Source: a virus
Lineage: Duplodnaviria; Caudoviricetes
Length of the DNA stretch: 25,259 nt
IMG/VR virus record: IMGVR_UViG_3300048856_000030
Span: 1-25,259 of that record
Direction: 5' to 3' (one strand)
The notes under the pieces: model-generated
What the model saw: only the letters and a program-made list of their open reading frames with translations
Databases searched by the model: none
What the model was told of the DNA's origin: nothing
Shown here: piece by piece, positions 24,652-25,259 of the stretch
How positions within the stretch are numbered: the first letter of the stretch is position 1
Layout of the letters: every line of letters starts with the position of its first letter
Made by a program: the position numbers and the translations under genes

Positions 24652-25259
24652 TTACTGCTCGAGCTGGCGCGGCGCGGGCGGCGCGTCGAGCTGCGCCCGG
24701 TTGGCGCGGACCGCTGCCGCGGCCTCGAGCACATCGGTCTTCGACCATCCGGGCACCATCGCGAACAGCAGCTCGAGAGGGGCGCCGACGGTCGAGAGCT
24801 TGAGGACCGCGTCGGAGATCTGCCCGAGCGACCGGGAGGACACGTCAGCCCAGTGCACCTGCGACGAGGTTGCCTGCGCAGCTTCGTCGTCGCCGACGAT
24901 CGCGGCCGCGGTTCGCATCCACTGCTCGTACCCCTCGCCGATGGCCATCTGCCGGTCGGCAACGTTGCGGAAATACCCGGACTCGGCGGCCGCGATGCCC
25001 TCGGCGGACATGTTGACGACTGCGCCGAGCAAGTAGTGCGGTGGGACCTGGCACACCGCGGAGAGGTGCTTGATGTGAGTGTCCACCGCGGAGGCGATCT
25101 TCACGGGGTCCGCCGGCTCGAACGTGCCGAAGCGGGCGGTTTCCCCCGATGTCCCCGCGGCGTGAATGAGACCGTCCACCGATGAGCGGACGAGGGGCTT
25201 CCCGTCGGGCCCGATGGCTAGTTCGCCGCCAGCCATCCACTTCTGCGGGAAGGCGCCGT
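24652..25259 (-). CDS. Portal protein (SPP1 gp6-like), 3' part
   Basis: AFPQKW, LSAVCQVPPHYLLG, NMSAEGIAAAE and WADVSSRSLGQISDAVLKL. Confidence 0.92.
   Translation of the reverse strand, partial: GAFPQKWMAGGELAIGPDGKPLVRSSVDGLIHAAGTSGETARFGTFEPADPVKIASAVDTHIKHLSAVCQVPPHYLLGAVVNMSAEGIAAAESGYFRNVADRQMAIGEGYEQWMRTAAAIVGDDEAAQATSSQVHWADVSSRSLGQISDAVLKLSTVGAPLELLFAMVPGWSKTDVLEAAAAVRANRAQLDAPPAPRQLEQ

Overview
High-GC temperate actinobacteriophage (siphovirus), most plausibly from a Microbacteriaceae host; the host is inferred from the NrdF tail and gene content, not verified. Phage genes lie on both sides of an intact attP, so this is an excised or virion-order genome, or the junction of tandem prophages. 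From right to left on the minus strand: portal (partial), scaffold, capsid, head-tail genes, major tail, frameshifted tail chaperones, tape measure, tail tip, lysis cassette and an SGNH-domain protein. Next come an accessory cluster, attP, the + strand repressor-ImmA-integrase cassette, and a divergent early operon (Cro, Xis-like, BRO antirepressor, YqaJ exonuclease, Bet-like, probable helicase). Main observations: (1) four promoters match the actinobacterial PafBC/RecA-NDp DNA-damage motif TGTCGG-N10-TANNNT, one hidden inside the repressor's 3' end directly upstream of immA-int, suggesting induction wired to host PafBC rather than RecA-stimulated repressor autocleavage; (2) attP carries a replacement 3' end of nrdF ([28 protein letters not shown]) plus a terminator, so the phage likely integrates into ribonucleotide reductase; (3) a near-copy of the cro promoter/operator beside attP drives an unannotated ~170-nt transcript with a 17-aa ORF and twin repeat hairpins; (4) an in-frame-deleted second tyrosine recombinase has a candidate cis-antisense RNA. 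All calls were made by eye; no database searches were run.
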